Below, in pieces: positions 37,030 to 50,153 of a stretch of DNA of 64,000 bases. This DNA is from Octopus sinensis. Taxonomy: Eukaryota. The translations under genes and the position numbers were made by a program. The stretch's first letter is position 1. Every line of letters starts with the position of its first letter. The DNA is taken from positions 14,818,001 to 14,882,000 of the forward strand of contig NC_043007.1 in assembly GCF_006345805.1 (NCBI RefSeq), given 5' to 3'. The notes beneath the pieces were generated by a model, which saw only the letters and a list, made by a program, of their open reading frames with translations, had not been told where the DNA came from and did no database searches.

Positions 37030-39632
37030 CTTTGACGAAATAGAAGGGGATATAGCTTCACTTAATGTGGAAGACAACTGGAGATTTCTACGGGACAATC
37101 TGCTGACAGCCACTGACCAGATCTGTGGATGGAGCAAAGTCCCATCTCAACCCAGAGTAACATGGTGGTGGAACAATGTGGTTGACAGGGCTATTAGACA
37201 AAAGAAACAGGTTTGGAGGGACTGGAAGAACGGTGGTAGCAGGGAATTGTATCAGACAGCCAGAAGGGAAGCTAGGAGACAGGTTTATTTAGCCAGAGGG
37301 GAAGCGGATAAGAAAAAATTTGCCAATATTCTGCGCCGTGAGGATGAAAGACTTGAGGTGTTTCGTGTTGCAAGACAGTGTGTGAGAGAGAATCGTGACG
37401 TGGTAGGAGAGAAATGTGTCCGCATGGATGATGGTTCACTTGCACTAAATGAGGATGCAAAGAGAGAATGGGATAAAGAGAGTCTGCCGAATGTCAACCC
37501 AACAGAGGGACCAGCCATCTGAGTTGACAATTCTTTGGTAGTTAAGGCAATTAGAAGCATGAAGACAGGGAAAGCCCCAGGCCCATCAAGAATTACTGCA
37601 GAGATGCTCAAAATATCTGGCTGTGTCGGCTATAACCTAGTCACCCGTATAGTTAACCAGGTGATACACGAAGGAGTCATACCCAATGACTGGTGTAGCA
37701 GCATACTAGTCAACTGCTACAAAGGTAAAGGAGACGCCCTAGATACAAATAATTACAGAGGTATCAAGCTGTTGGATCAGGTAATGAAGGTTACAGAGAG
37801 GGTCATAGCCCAACTGATTAGGGAGAGAGTCAACTTGGATGAGATGCAGTTTGGTTTCATGCCAGGGAAAAGCACCACTGATGCCATATTTCTGGTGAGA
37901 CAGCTGCAGGAGAAATACCTAGCCAAAGATAAGCCCCTGTACTTGGCTTTCGTTGACATGGAGAAAGCCTTTGACAGGGTCCTCCGATCCCTTATCTGGT
38001 GATCAATGAGGAAACTAGGGATAGATGAATGGCTGGTGAGGGCTGTGTAAGCCATGTACAGGGATGCCGTAAGTAAGGTTAGGGTTGGCAACATGTACAC
38101 AGAAGAATTCAAAGTAGAGGTTGGGGTCCACCAGGGTTCAGTACTCAGCCCCCTCCTATTTATCATAGTCTTCCAGGCAATTACGGAGGAATTCAAGACA
38201 GGTTGCCCCTGGGAGCTCCTCTATGCTGACGACCTTGCTCTAATTGCTGAGTCACTATCAGAACTGGAGGAGAAGTTCCAGGTGTGGAAGGAGGGTTTAG
38301 AATTGAGGGGCCTTAGAGTCAACCTAGCTAAAACCAAAGTACTAATAAGTAGGAAGGGAGACAATCCACAAATGTCTTCAGGAAGATGGCCCTGCTCGAT
38401 CTGTAGAAAAGGTGTAGGTAGAAACTCTATAAGATGTACCCAGTGTAAGCTATGGACACATAAGAGGTGCAGCAATGTCAAAGGAAGGCTAACTAGGAAG
38501 ATAGTTTTTGTATGTGGCAGATGTTTGGGAGCATTAAACTCTGAAAATCTGCAGAAAACAACCTCCGTCACTTTCCAGGGGGAAAAACTAGAAGTAGTTG
38601 ATAGCTTCCGTTATCTAGGTGACCAAGTCAGTAGTGGGGGTGGATGTGTTGAAAGTGTAACTGCTAGAGTAAGAATAGCCTGGGCAAAGTTTAGGGAGCT
38701 CTTACCTCTGCTGGTGACTAAAGGCCTCTCGCTCAGAGTAAAAGGCAGACTGTATGATGCATGTGTACGAACTGCCATGCTACATGGCAGTGAAACATGG
38801 GCCATGACTGCTGAGGACATGCGTAAGCTCGCGAGGAATGAAGCCAGTATGCTCCGATGGATGTGTAAAGTCAGTGTGCATATTCGACAGAGCGTTAGTA
38901 CCTTGAGAGAAATGTTGGACCTAAGAAGCATCAGTTGGGGTGTGCAAGAGAGACGATTGCGCTGGTATGGTCATGTGGCGAGAATGTATGAAGATAGGTG
39001 TGTGAAAAAGTGCCAATCCCTAACAGTGGAGGGAACCTGTGGAAGAGGTAGACCTAGGAAAACCTGGGATGAGGTGGTGAAGCACGACCTTCGAACTTTA
39101 GGCCTCACTGAGGAAATGACCAGTGACCGAGACCTTTGGAAATATGCTGTGTGTGAGAAGACCAGGCAGGACAAGTGAGTCCAGCCCACTTATGCATGCC
39201 TTTCCTCCCTTAGACACACAAAGACCTGTTGAGGCAAGCGAAGTCGATATCGAACCTCATCCGATGACAGGCACCCATGTCAATCCCCCTTTGCTTGCGA
39301 GACCTGTTGGGGCAAGTGAAATCGGAATCGGAATTGAACCAATCCTATGACTGGCACCCGGCAGATGCCAGGACCCCTGGACTGGTGGCACATAAAATGC
39401 ACCAATCCGACCGTGGCTGTTGCCAGCCTCGCCTGGCACCTGTGCAGGTGGCACGTAAAATGCACCCACTACACTCACGGAGTGGTTGGCGTTAGGAAGG
39501 GCATCCAGCTGTAGAAACATTGCCTGATCAGACTGGAGCCTGGTGCGGCCTTCTGGCTTCCCAGATCCCCGGTCGAACTGTCCAACCCATGCTAGCATGG
39601 AGAACGGACATTAAACGATGATGATGATGATG
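37030..39632 (+). mobile_element. 5'-truncated RTE-type LINE (RT with inserted PHD-like finger), three premature stops, (GAT)n tail
   Basis: ORFs 37010, 37535 and 38054 share one frame; QFGF, DMEKAFD, GVHQGSVLSP, YADD, YLG motifs. Confidence 0.95.
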
Positions 39633-39779
39633 ATTATCATATTTCAATTGAATAGCATTTTAATTTTATCTTCTGACCAAATCTCAATCAGAGACCTAAA
39701 GCATATACATATTAATATTAGATGGAAAGAAACCTCTTGAGAATATGGGCGGTTGATCTCAACACTGTGTTTTGAATCT

Positions 39780-40170
39780 CATAAATTGTTGGTTTCCCAG
39801 GGATCTGGTCAAAAAATTTGTCAGTACCTTTCTTGGGATGGTTTTGGTTTTTAATTGCTATGTCCTAGATATCTCAATCTCAAAGTCTTTATATTTCAAT
39901 GGTTTTTTAAATTCCTTTACTAAGATGTTTCTCTCAGTGGGTAATGTCATGTCAGTTAACAGGCATATTTTTTGTTTTAGGTCTTTGATGATGATGTCAG
40001 ATCTGTTAGCATTTATTTGCCTGTCTGTATGTATTCCATTATCCCAAAGGATGGTAACAGTTCCTCCCTCAGTGACTGGCTCTGAATGGTGTCTATACCA
40101 GTTCTTAGGGTGCAGAATATCATAGTGGTGGCATATTGTCCAGTGCAAGTATCAGCCAACTTGATCATGC
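39780..40170 (-). mobile_element. R4/Dong-like retrotransposon fragment (restriction-like endonuclease region)
   Basis: TILWDNGIHTDRQINANRSDIIIKD...LLTDMTLP...KY. Confidence 0.75.
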
Positions 40171-41339
40171 CTGGTTTTATATTCTTTTTTCTTTATTGTC
40201 CACAAGGGGCAAAACATAGAGGGGACAAACAAGGACAGACAACAGGATTAAGTCGATTACATCGACCCCTGTGCATAACTTGTACTTAATTTATCGACCC
40301 TGAAAGGATGAAAGGCAAAGTCAACCTCGTCGGAATTTGAACTCAGAATGTAATGGCAGACGAAATACCTATTTCTTTACTGCCCACAAGGGGCTACACA
40401 CAGAGGGGACAAACAAGGACAGACAAACGGATTAAGTCGATTATATCGACCCTTGTGCGTAACTGGAACTTATTTAATCGACCCTGAAAGGATGAAAGGC
40501 AAAGTCGACCTCGGCGGAATTTGAACTCAGAACGTAACGGCAGACAAAATACCGCTCAGCATTTCACCCAGCATGCTAATGTTTCTGCCAGCTCGCCACC
40601 TATTTTATATTCTAGTTTTATATTCTGTAGGAGCAAAGACTGAGCAACTGGTAACAATGTGGTCAATACTCCCAAGTTTTGTTGTATTCGGAATGGTCAT
40701 TTTGCCAGTTTAGCCAATAAAAACACACGCACTATATATTTGGTGTTGCTTTGCTTCAGCGTTATGTATTTTTTACATTAATCTTAATCATATTTCGGCC
40801 AGAGTTCTTTCATCACACTCCTGTGACCGCATCAGTGATCCTTTGCTTTCTTCTTTCTTATTTGTGTGCCTCTCCTTACTAACCGTCAGCCATTTTGTAT
40901 TTCTATTGTATGTGTCTTCATTTGCGCATGCATATATCTCTATGTGCGTCTATGTTTAGTTAGTGTGTGTGTGTGTGGGGGGGAATGCCTGTAATATTTG
41001 TATCTTCTGTTTATATACGTCCGTGTAATTTGTTTTTGTTTTTGTTTATTCTTTTTTTTTTATTTTGTTCATGTTTACATCCACTTATTATTACTATTAT
41101 TATCATTATTATTATTATATTATTATTATTACGTATGCTTGTATGTATGTATGTATGTATAACAACAATACTAGTAATAACAATAATAATAATAATAAAA
41201 CATTAAAAAAAATTTTTTTATTTTTTAAATTAAAAAAAACCCTATATAGTTATTTATTTCTATTTGTTAATTAATCTGTGTATTTTATTTTATTATGTTT
41301 TTGGTTTTGTTTATATTGTAACCAGTTTATGGGGATCCT

Positions 41340-41540
41340 CTTCTGTCATATATTGTGATGTGTGCTAGTGTTCCATTCCAGTTTCCTATTCAGGCTAGGT
41401 TTATCTTCTATTATGTGTGTAGCTTCTGTAATTTGTCTGATTGTTGCATCTGTTCTATGTGTGGACAAGATTTTAACCTCTATGTTGTTGATTGATCCCC
41501 TGTGTTCCTGCTTAGCGTGTTGGTACAGAATCAATGAGCT
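41340..41540 (-). mobile_element. Penelope-like GIY-YIG C-terminal remnant between about 290-bp direct repeats (40679-40966, 42405-42696)
   Basis: H...H...KIL...RQITEATHI...PSLNRKLEW; flanking direct repeats read directly. Confidence 0.65.
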
Positions 41541-42089
41541 TTTTCCTTCCTTGAGTTCTCTCCAATGATCATTTACCCGCTCTCCTATGCTTCGTGCCGT
41601 TTCCCCTACATATGTCGTTGTCTTGTTACTACATCATCCCTCTATACATTTTATACTATTGACTACATTTCTGGCTTTACAGATTTTCTGTTTTTGCATT
41701 TCCCATCTATATCAATCTCTGATATTTCATACACATTCACATTTGATACTTCAGTTTCAAAAAAGCTAAAATGTTTTTTATTACAATTGAACAGAAAAGG
41801 ATAAAAATGCTTTTTTTCTGCAATCCCCATTTGGGACTTTTTGAAAAATTCATCATAATTTCCAAATTCACATGTAAAGAAAATTTAAATACACAGGCGT
41901 GGCTGTGTGGTAAGTAGTTTGCTTGCCAACCACATGGTTCCGGGTTCAGTCCCACTGCGTGGCACCTTGGAAAAGTGTCTTCTACTATAGCCTCAGGCCG
42001 ACCAAAGCCTTCTTTCTGATTTTGATGATGATAAGGAGGACACCTCACCCACTAAGGCAGCAAAAAAGTGTAAAACAAAAGCCAAACAA

Positions 42090-42340
42090 AAAAGCTTGAA
42101 GGAAATATCAAGATTGTGGAAAGAAAAACCATTGCATGGGCAATACACCAAATGAGCTGGAGAAGCTGATGTAGATGTAAGAAGACCCCATCAGTGACTG
42201 TAGACTGTTAGTTTGAAAGCCAAAACAGTTGGATTCATCCTATCAGTACAAGACCAGAGCCTCCTCACCCGGAACTATCAAACTAATGTTACACACAATG
42301 AGGTAGACACAAAGTGTAGATTCTGCAATTACAAACTTGG
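42090..42340 (+). mobile_element. R4/Dong-like fragment (degenerate)
   Basis: EEKPLHGQY...GFILSVQDQSLLTRNYQ...KCRFC with stops. Confidence 0.65.
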
Positions 42341-43872
42341 GAGTTACGTTTATATATTTGTTGTGCAAGATTTTTTTATGTAAAGTCGTGTGTTGAAACA
42401 GACATTGTTGTATTTCGGAATGGTCATTTTGCCAGTTTAGCCAATAAAAACACATGCACTATATATTTGGTGTTACTTTGCTTCAGCGTTATATATTTTT
42501 TACATTAATCTTAATCTTATTTCGGCCAGAGTTCTTTCGTCACACTCCTGTGACCGCATCAGTGATCCTTTGCTTTCTTCTTTCTTATTTGTGTGTCTCT
42601 CCTTACTAACCGCCAGCCATTTTGTATTTCTATTGTATGTGTCTTCATTTGTGCATGCGTATATCTCTATGTGCGTCTATGTTTAGTTAGTGTGTATGTG
42701 TATGTATAGTAGAAGACACTTCCCCAAGGTGCCACGCAGTGGGACTGAAACCGGAACCATGTGGTTGGCAAGCAAGCTACTTACCACACAGCCACGCCTG
42801 TGTATTTAAATTTTCTTTACATGTGAATTTGGAAATTATGATGAATTTTTCAAAATGTCCCAAATGGGGATTGCAGAAAAAAAGCATTTTTATCCTTTTC
42901 TGTTCAATTGTAATAAAAAACATTTTAGCTTTTTTGAAACTGAAGTATCAAATGTGAATGTGTATGAAATATCAGAGATTGATATAGATGGGAAATGCAA
43001 AAACAGAAAATCTGTAAAGCCAGAAATGTAGTCTATAGGTGTAGGAGTGGCTGTGTGGTAAGCAGCTTGCTTATGAACCACTGCATGGCACCTTAGGCAA
43101 GTCCCACTGTGTGGCACCTTAGGCAAGTCCCACTGTATGGCACCTTAGGCAAGTGTCTTCTACTATAGCCTCGAGCCAACCAAAGCCTTGTGAGTGGATT
43201 TGGTAGACGGAAACTGAAAGAAGCAAGTCGTATATATGTATATATATGTGTATATGCATGTGTATGTGTTTGTGTGTCTGTGTCCCCCCCCCCCCCCAAC
43301 ATCGCTTGACAACTGATGCTGGTGTGTTTACGTCCCCCATAACTTAGCGGTTCAGCAAAAGAGACCAATAGAATAAGTACTAGGCTTCCTAAGAATAAGT
43401 CCTGGGGACAATTTGCTCAACTAAAGGTGGTGTTCTAGCATGGCCACAGTCAAATGACTGAAACAAGTAAAAGAGTAAAGAGTTTTCAAAACCGTTGATA
43501 TTTTTGTAGGTCAAAAATTGCGATTTATGACATAAAATGTCCTCTAGAATTAGCCAGAGCTAATAAGGACAAACTTTGACTCCTAAATATTGTTAAACAC
43601 ACCTCTGCAAATGCAATGTACATAAGCAAAGCAATTCACTTTAAATACAATGAACAACCAGCAGTGAGACTGTTTTTAGCAGGGTCCCAAATGGGGCTCA
43701 TGGCAGGCAATGGGTTAAGGACAGCAGTGTTATGGTAAAGCGGCTGGAACTGGTATAACTACATGTACATAGACATCTTGTATTTTCATTTCTCTCATTT
43801 GAGTTTTCAGGCAAAGAAAATTCTACATTACTTACATTTAACGGATATTCTGTCCTCATTTTGTTTGTTGTT

Positions 43873-43918
43873 AACACAAAGTTTCGGCTGATATACCTTC
43901 CAGCCTTCATCAGGTGTT
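43873..43918 (-). ncRNA. Hammerhead-like motif, same family (stem III mutated)
   Basis: aacac-CUGAUGA-a-ggcug/cagcc-GAAAcuuu-guguu. Confidence 0.55.
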
Positions 43919-44138
43919 TTGGGGAAATTTCGAACCTGGGTTCTCATTCCTAAGGTATTTTTCGATGTTGTTGTTATTATTATTATTATTATTGTTATTA
44001 TTATTCAGGTCACTGCCTGGAATTGAACTCAAAATGTAGCCTGCACTCTTAACCACTATGCCATATGCCCATGGGCATAATAATAATAACATCGAAAAAT
44101 ACCTTAGGAATGAAAACCCAGGTTTGAAATTTCCCCAA

Positions 44139-44184
44139 GACACCTGATGAAAGCTGGAGGGTATATCAGCTGAAATGTTGTGTT
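44139..44184 (+). ncRNA. Hammerhead-like motif, same family, inverted partner of 43873-43918
   Basis: gacac-CUGAUGA-a-agcug/cagcu-GAAAuguu-guguu. Confidence 0.55.
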
Positions 44185-46375
44185 AACAACAAACAAGATG
44201 AGGGCAAATATCCGTCAAATGTCAATAATGTACATAATTCCTCATCTCTTAAACATAGAACTGAAAGAAAATTCTGATTGAAGTTTGGGGCTACAGTGTC
44301 AGTTCTTCCTTAATCTCTTTATGTCTTCGTACAAAGGAGGAGATGCACTGCTAAATGGTGCATCACCAAGCTTCATGATTAAAGGCTATAGGAAACATTG
44401 GGTGATGGTAGATGTAACACATGCCAAAGGATTCTTCAGAGAGCCCTGGTAGTCAGTAGAAATTTTGCTATACTCTTTTACTTGTTTCAGTCATTTGACT
44501 GCGGCCATGCTGGAGCAATGCCTTTAGTCGAACAACTCAACCCCAGGACTTATTCTTTGTAAGCCTAGTACTTATTCTATCAGTCTCTTTGGCTGAACTG
44601 CTAAGTGACGGGGATGTAAACACACCAGCATTGGTTGTCAAGCAATGCTCTAGGGACAAACACAGACACACAAACACACACATACATATATATATACATA
44701 TATATATACGACAGGCTTCTTTCAGTTTCCGTCTACCAAATCCACTCACAAGGCATTGGTCGGCCCGGGGCTATAGCAGAAGACACTTGCCCAAGATGCC
44801 ATGCAGTGGGACTGAACCCGGAACCATGTGGTTGGTTAGCAAGTTACTTACCACACAGCCACTCCTGCGCCTATACAGGATAATCTTGAGCAAATGCTGT
44901 CTTTTTTCCATTCTAGAAATGTGCTCTGTTTAATGCTGTTGTAAATTGAATAGTGTGGCCCTTGTGCTGGTGACTTCAGCCTGTTTTAGGATTTCAATCA
45001 TCATCATCATCATCGTTTAACGTCCGCTTTCCATGCTAGCATGGGTTGGACGGTTATGACTGAGGGCTGGCAAACCAGATGGCTGCACCAGGCTCCCATC
45101 TTGATTTGGCAGAGTTTCTACAGCTTGATGCCCTTCCTAACGCCAACCACTCCGAGAGTGTAGTGGGTGCTTTTATATGCCACCAGCACGGAGGCCAGTC
45201 AGGCAGTACTGGCAATGACCTCGCTCGAATCTTTTTACACATGCCACCAGCACAGGTGCCAGTAAGGCGACGTTGATAACGATCACGCTTGAATGATGCC
45301 CTTTTACATGCCACTTGCACAGAAGCCAGTTGGCTGCTCTGGTAATGATCATGCTCGGATGGTGCTCTTGGCACCCTACTAGCTCGGGCACAAGTGCCAG
45401 TAAGGCGATGCTGGTAACGATCACACTCGAATGGTAAAAAAATTATTCCAGTCAATGGCAAGGGTGGTGTTATGCAGGCAGTCTTCAAGAAGTCATTGGT
45501 GTTTATGGTAGGTAATTCACTACTCAGTGCCACAGACACACATACATGCTAGTACACACATACACACATTCCCCAGTAGTGATAGGTTCCATCAACTACA
45601 GCTTGCCTTCCACTTCACCCATCCTACCGTTATATTTTCCTGCATCATGATCTGAAATGTCAGGCTTTTATTTCTCTAATTTAAATATGGAGGCCAGATC
45701 TATCCAATATTTATTTGCTTCCATTACTGGTTGTATACTCTGGTGGACTACATCTGCCAACATTATAAATTAAATCTGATCCTCTAGAAACAGCTGTTGG
45801 ACATGCGACACCATAACTTCTCCCCTTTAATTTTCTCTGTCGTTTGTACTCTGTGTAAGTTTGCTCTGTTAATATATAAATATCTATATATTTATACTTG
45901 AATATTCATCGTCTGAAAATTTTCCAGTCTTTGTTTTATCTCTATTTACATCATCATTGTTTAACGTCCGTTTTCCATGCTGGCATGGGTTGGACGGCTC
46001 GACCGGGGTCTGGGAAGCCAGGAGGCTGCGCCAAGCTCCAGTCTCATCTGGCAGTGTTTCTACAGCTGGATGCCCTTCCTAACGCCAACCACTCTGTGAG
46101 TGTAGTGGGTGCTTTTTACATGCCACCGGCACAGGAGCCTGAGGCTGGCAAACAGCCACGAATGGTCACCGACATGTATACATATTTCGTATATTAAACT
46201 CAAGCAGTTTTATTTGTCTATATGTATTATTGTCTCCATAGCTGCTCACCTGGATTCCTCTTATAGCCACACTTTACCCTGAAGACTTGGTCCTTGGTAA
46301 AAATATCAGAGTGTAAGTTCAAATCATTTGAGCACTACTGTTTTCTATACTGAGAATCTCTGGATCTCATGTTGA

Positions 46376-46433
<58 letters not shown>

Positions 46434-46750
46434 TCATCATCATCATCATTTAGCGTCCGCTTTCCATGCTAGCATGGGTTGGACGGTTCAACTGGGGTCT
46501 GTGAAGCCAGAAGGCTGCATCAGGCCCAGTCTGATCTGGCAGTGTTTCTACGGCTGGATGCCCTTCCTAACACCAACCACTCCGTGAGTGTAGTGGGTGC
46601 TTTTTACGTGCCACCCGCCAGACGGAGCTGGCAAACGGCCACAGACGGATGGTGCTTTTTACGTGCCACCGGCACAGGGGCCAGGCGAGGCTGGCAACGG
46701 CCACGATCGGATGGTGCTTTTTACCGTTATATATATATATATACATACAC

Positions 46751-46787
<37 letters not shown>

Positions 46788-47075
46788 CATACAACCTCTC
46801 TCTCTCTCTATATATATATATATGAAGGTGTGTGGCTTGCTTAGGTGTTATGGCATTGCACTTATGATTGCAAGATCATAGTTCCAATTCCACATTGTTC
46901 CAGTTCATTTGACTGTAAATAGGTATTCCTGCTCGAGGCTGGCATTCCTTTCAGGAGGAATGTTGGCCTGGCCAGTAGGGGTTTATCGTTGGAAAAGTAC
47001 AATGATGTGAGGAAGGGCACTGTGACCAGTGGTATATAACTGCATCTGATATTCTGGTTGATACAGTGATGTGTC

Positions 47076-49902
47076 ATCATCATCATCATCATCATTTAGC
47101 GTCCGTTCTCCATGCTAGCATGGGTTGGACGGTTCAACTGGGGTCTGTGAAGCTGGAAGGCTTCATCAGGCCCAGTCAGATCTGGCAGTGTTTCTACGGC
47201 TGGATGCCCTTCCTAACGCCAACCACTCCGTGAGTGTAGTGGGTGCTTTTTACGTGCCACCTGCACAGGTGCCAGACAGAGCTGGCAAACGGCCACGAAC
47301 GGATGGTGCTTTTACGTGACACCGGCACGGGGCCAGGCGAGGCTGGCAACGGACACGAACGGATGGTGCTTTTACGTGCCACCAACATGGGGGCCAGACA
47401 GAGCTGGCAAACGGCCACGAAACGGATGGTACTTTTACGTGTCACCGGCACGGGGGCCAGGCGAGGCTGGCAATGGGCACGAACGGATGGTGCTTTTACA
47501 TGCCACCGACATGGGGGCCAGACAGGGCCGGCAAACGGCCACGAACGGATGGTGCTTTTACGTGTCACCGGCACGGGGGCCAGGCGAGGCTGGCAACGGA
47601 CACGAACGGATGGTGCTTTTACATGTCACCGACATGGGGGCCAGACAGGGCTGGCAAACGGCCACGAACGGATGGTGCTTTTACGTGTCACCGGCACGGG
47701 GGCCAGACAGAGCTGGCAATCGGCCACGAACGGATGGTGCTTTTACGTGTCACCGGCACGGGGGCCAGACAGAGCTGGCAAACGGCCACGAACGGATGGT
47801 ACTTTTACGTGTCACCGGCACGGGGGCCAGGCCAGGCTGGCAACGAACACGAACGGATGGTGCTTTTACGTGCCACCTACACGGGGGCCAGACAGGGCTG
47901 GCGAACGGCTACGAACGGATGGTACTTTTACGTGTCACCTGCACGGAGGCCCTGATGTTGATCGACCTCAATTTGGTTTGATCTTGATTTTGACTGTTCT
48001 CACTGGTCTTGCCAGGTTTTCTCACGCACAGCATACCTCCAAAGGTCTCGGTCACTGGTCATTTCCTTGGTGAGACCTAAAGTTCGAAGGTCGTGCTTCA
48101 CCGCCTCGACCCAGGTTTTCCTGGGTCTACCTCTTCCACAGGTCCCCTCAACTGCCAGGGTGTGGCACTTTCGCACACAACTATCTTCAGCCATTCTCAT
48201 CACATGACCATACCAGCGCATACGTCTCTCTTGCACACAACAACTGATACTTCTTAGATTCAACTTTTCTCTCAAGGTACTTACACTCTGTCGATTATGA
48301 ACACTGACGTTACACATCCATCGGAGCATACTAGCTTCATTTCTTGCGAGCTTACGCAAATCCTCAGCAGTCACAGCCCAAGTTTCACTACCATGTAGCA
48401 TGGCTGTACGTACACATGCATCATACAGTCTGCCTTTTACTTTGAGCGAGAGGCCTTTTGTCACCAGCAGAGGTAAGAGCTCTCTAAACTTTGCCCAGGC
48501 TATTCTTACTCTAGCAGTTATACTCTCAGCGCACCCGCCCCCGCTACTGACTTGGTCACCTAGGTAACGGAAACTATCAACTACTTCTAGCTTTTCTCCC
48601 TGGAAAGTGACGGAAGTTGGTCTCAGAGCATCTTCAGTGTTAATTGTTCCTGAGCATCTGCCACATACAAAAACCATCTTCCTAGTTAGCCTTCCTTTGA
48701 CATTGCTGCACCTCTTATGTGTCCATAGCTTACACTTGGTGCATCTTATAGAGTTTCTACCTACACCTTTTCTACAGATCGAGCAGGGCCATCTACCTGA
48801 AGGCGTTTGTGATTGGTCTACCTTCCTACTTATTAGGACTTTGGTTTTGGCTAGGTTGATTCTAAGGCCCTTCGATTCTAAACCTTGTTTCCATACCTGA
48901 AACTTCTCCTCTAGTTCTGATAGAGACTCAGCAATTAGAGCAAGGTCATCAGCATAGAGGAGCTCCCAGGGGCATCCTGTCTTGAATTCCTCCGTTATTG
49001 CCTGGAGGACTATGATAAATAGGAGGGGACTGAGGACTGAACCTTGGTGGACCCCAACCTCTACCCTGAATTCTTCACTGTACTCGGTGCCAACCCTCAC
49101 CTTACTAGCAGCGTCTCTGTACATGGCTTGTACAGCTTTCACTAACCATTCATCTATCCCTAGTTTCCTCATTGACCACCAGATGAGGGATCGGGGGACC
49201 CTGTCGAAGGCTTTCTCCATATCAACAAAAGCCAGGTATAGGGGCTTGTCTTTGGCTAGGTATTTCTCTTGCAGCTGTCTTACCATGAAAATAGCATCAG
49301 TAGTACTTTTCCCTGGCACGAACCCAAACTGCATCTGATCTAGGCTAACTCCCTCTCTAATTAGTTGGGCTATAACCCTCTCCGTAACCTTCATTACCTG
49401 ATCCAGCAGCTTGATACCCCTGTAGCTATTTGTATCTAGGGCGTCACCTTTACCTTTGTAGCAGCTGACTATTATGCTGCTACACCAGTCATTGGGAATG
49501 ACTCCTTCGTGTATCACCTGGTTAACTATACGGGTGACTAGGCTATAGCCGACACTACCAGATATTTTGAGCATCTCTGCAGTAATTCCTGATGGGCCTG
49601 GGGCTTTCCCTGTTTTCATGCTTTTAATTGCCTTATCTACTAAGGAACTGTCAACTCGGATTGCTGGTCCCTCTGTTGGGTCAACATTCGGCAGACTCTC
49701 TTTATCCCATTCATTTTCCTCATTCAGCAACCTTTCATAGTGGCTTCTCCAAACCTCTCTCTTTGCATCCTCATTTAGCGCAAGTGAGCCGTCATCCGTG
49801 CGAACACATTTTTCTCCTACCACGTCACGATTCTCTCTCACACACTGTCTTGCTATACGAAATACCTCAAGTCTTTCATCCTCACGGCGCAGGACATTGG
49901 CA
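47076..49902 (-). mobile_element. 5'-truncated RTE-type LINE with uninterrupted RT ORF (48000-49902) and expanded 3' UTR array
   Basis: ORF 48000..50021 is stop-free; same family as 37030-39632; (CAT)n tail near 47076; the 5' break falls at a (TA)n tract. Confidence 0.95.
47240..47950. repeat. Tandem array of about 11-12 units of 59-64 bp inside the LINE 3' UTR
   Basis: Repeated ggatggtgcttttacgtg...ctggcaa...cacgaac. Confidence 0.9.
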
Positions 49903-50120
49903 TATATATATATATATATGAATTTGAATAAATGAATAAAAAATGAAAACAAAAACAAACATGAGGACGTGCACACGATGTGCATTAGCCTGACGCTTGG
50001 TGAAAAGAGAGAGTTTAACATTCAGAGCATAACTCTTTGTTAGAAAGGAGAAAGGGAAAAGTCCAAAGAAAGAGAAGAAATCATCAATGGTGTATGTATA
50101 GTTACATTGCTGAAGTGTGA

Positions 50121-50153
<33 letters not shown>

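Noticed and set aside
40775-40845. Hammerhead-like CUGAUGC...GAAAUA on the minus strand of the direct repeats (also near 42520)
   Set aside because: A9 is replaced by C and there is no acceptable stem III or cleavage triplet; too degenerate to call.
45700-45870. Unique sequence with a plus-strand ag...gtaagt pair (KQLLDMRHHNFSPLIFSVVCTL) and a 50-codon minus-strand open frame
   Set aside because: No recognisable homology and no compatible partner exon found; a third gene cannot be supported.
47240-47950. CRISPR-like appearance of the regular arrays (also 57700-58292)
   Set aside because: No unique spacers, eukaryotic context and no cas genes.
47194-48073. Overlapping 126-276 aa ORFs
   Set aside because: By-products of the GC-rich tandem array in the LINE 3' UTR.
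49903-50021. Apparent N-terminus of the 673-aa RT ORF
   Set aside because: Chance read-through from flanking (TA)n and unique DNA; the element is 5'-truncated.
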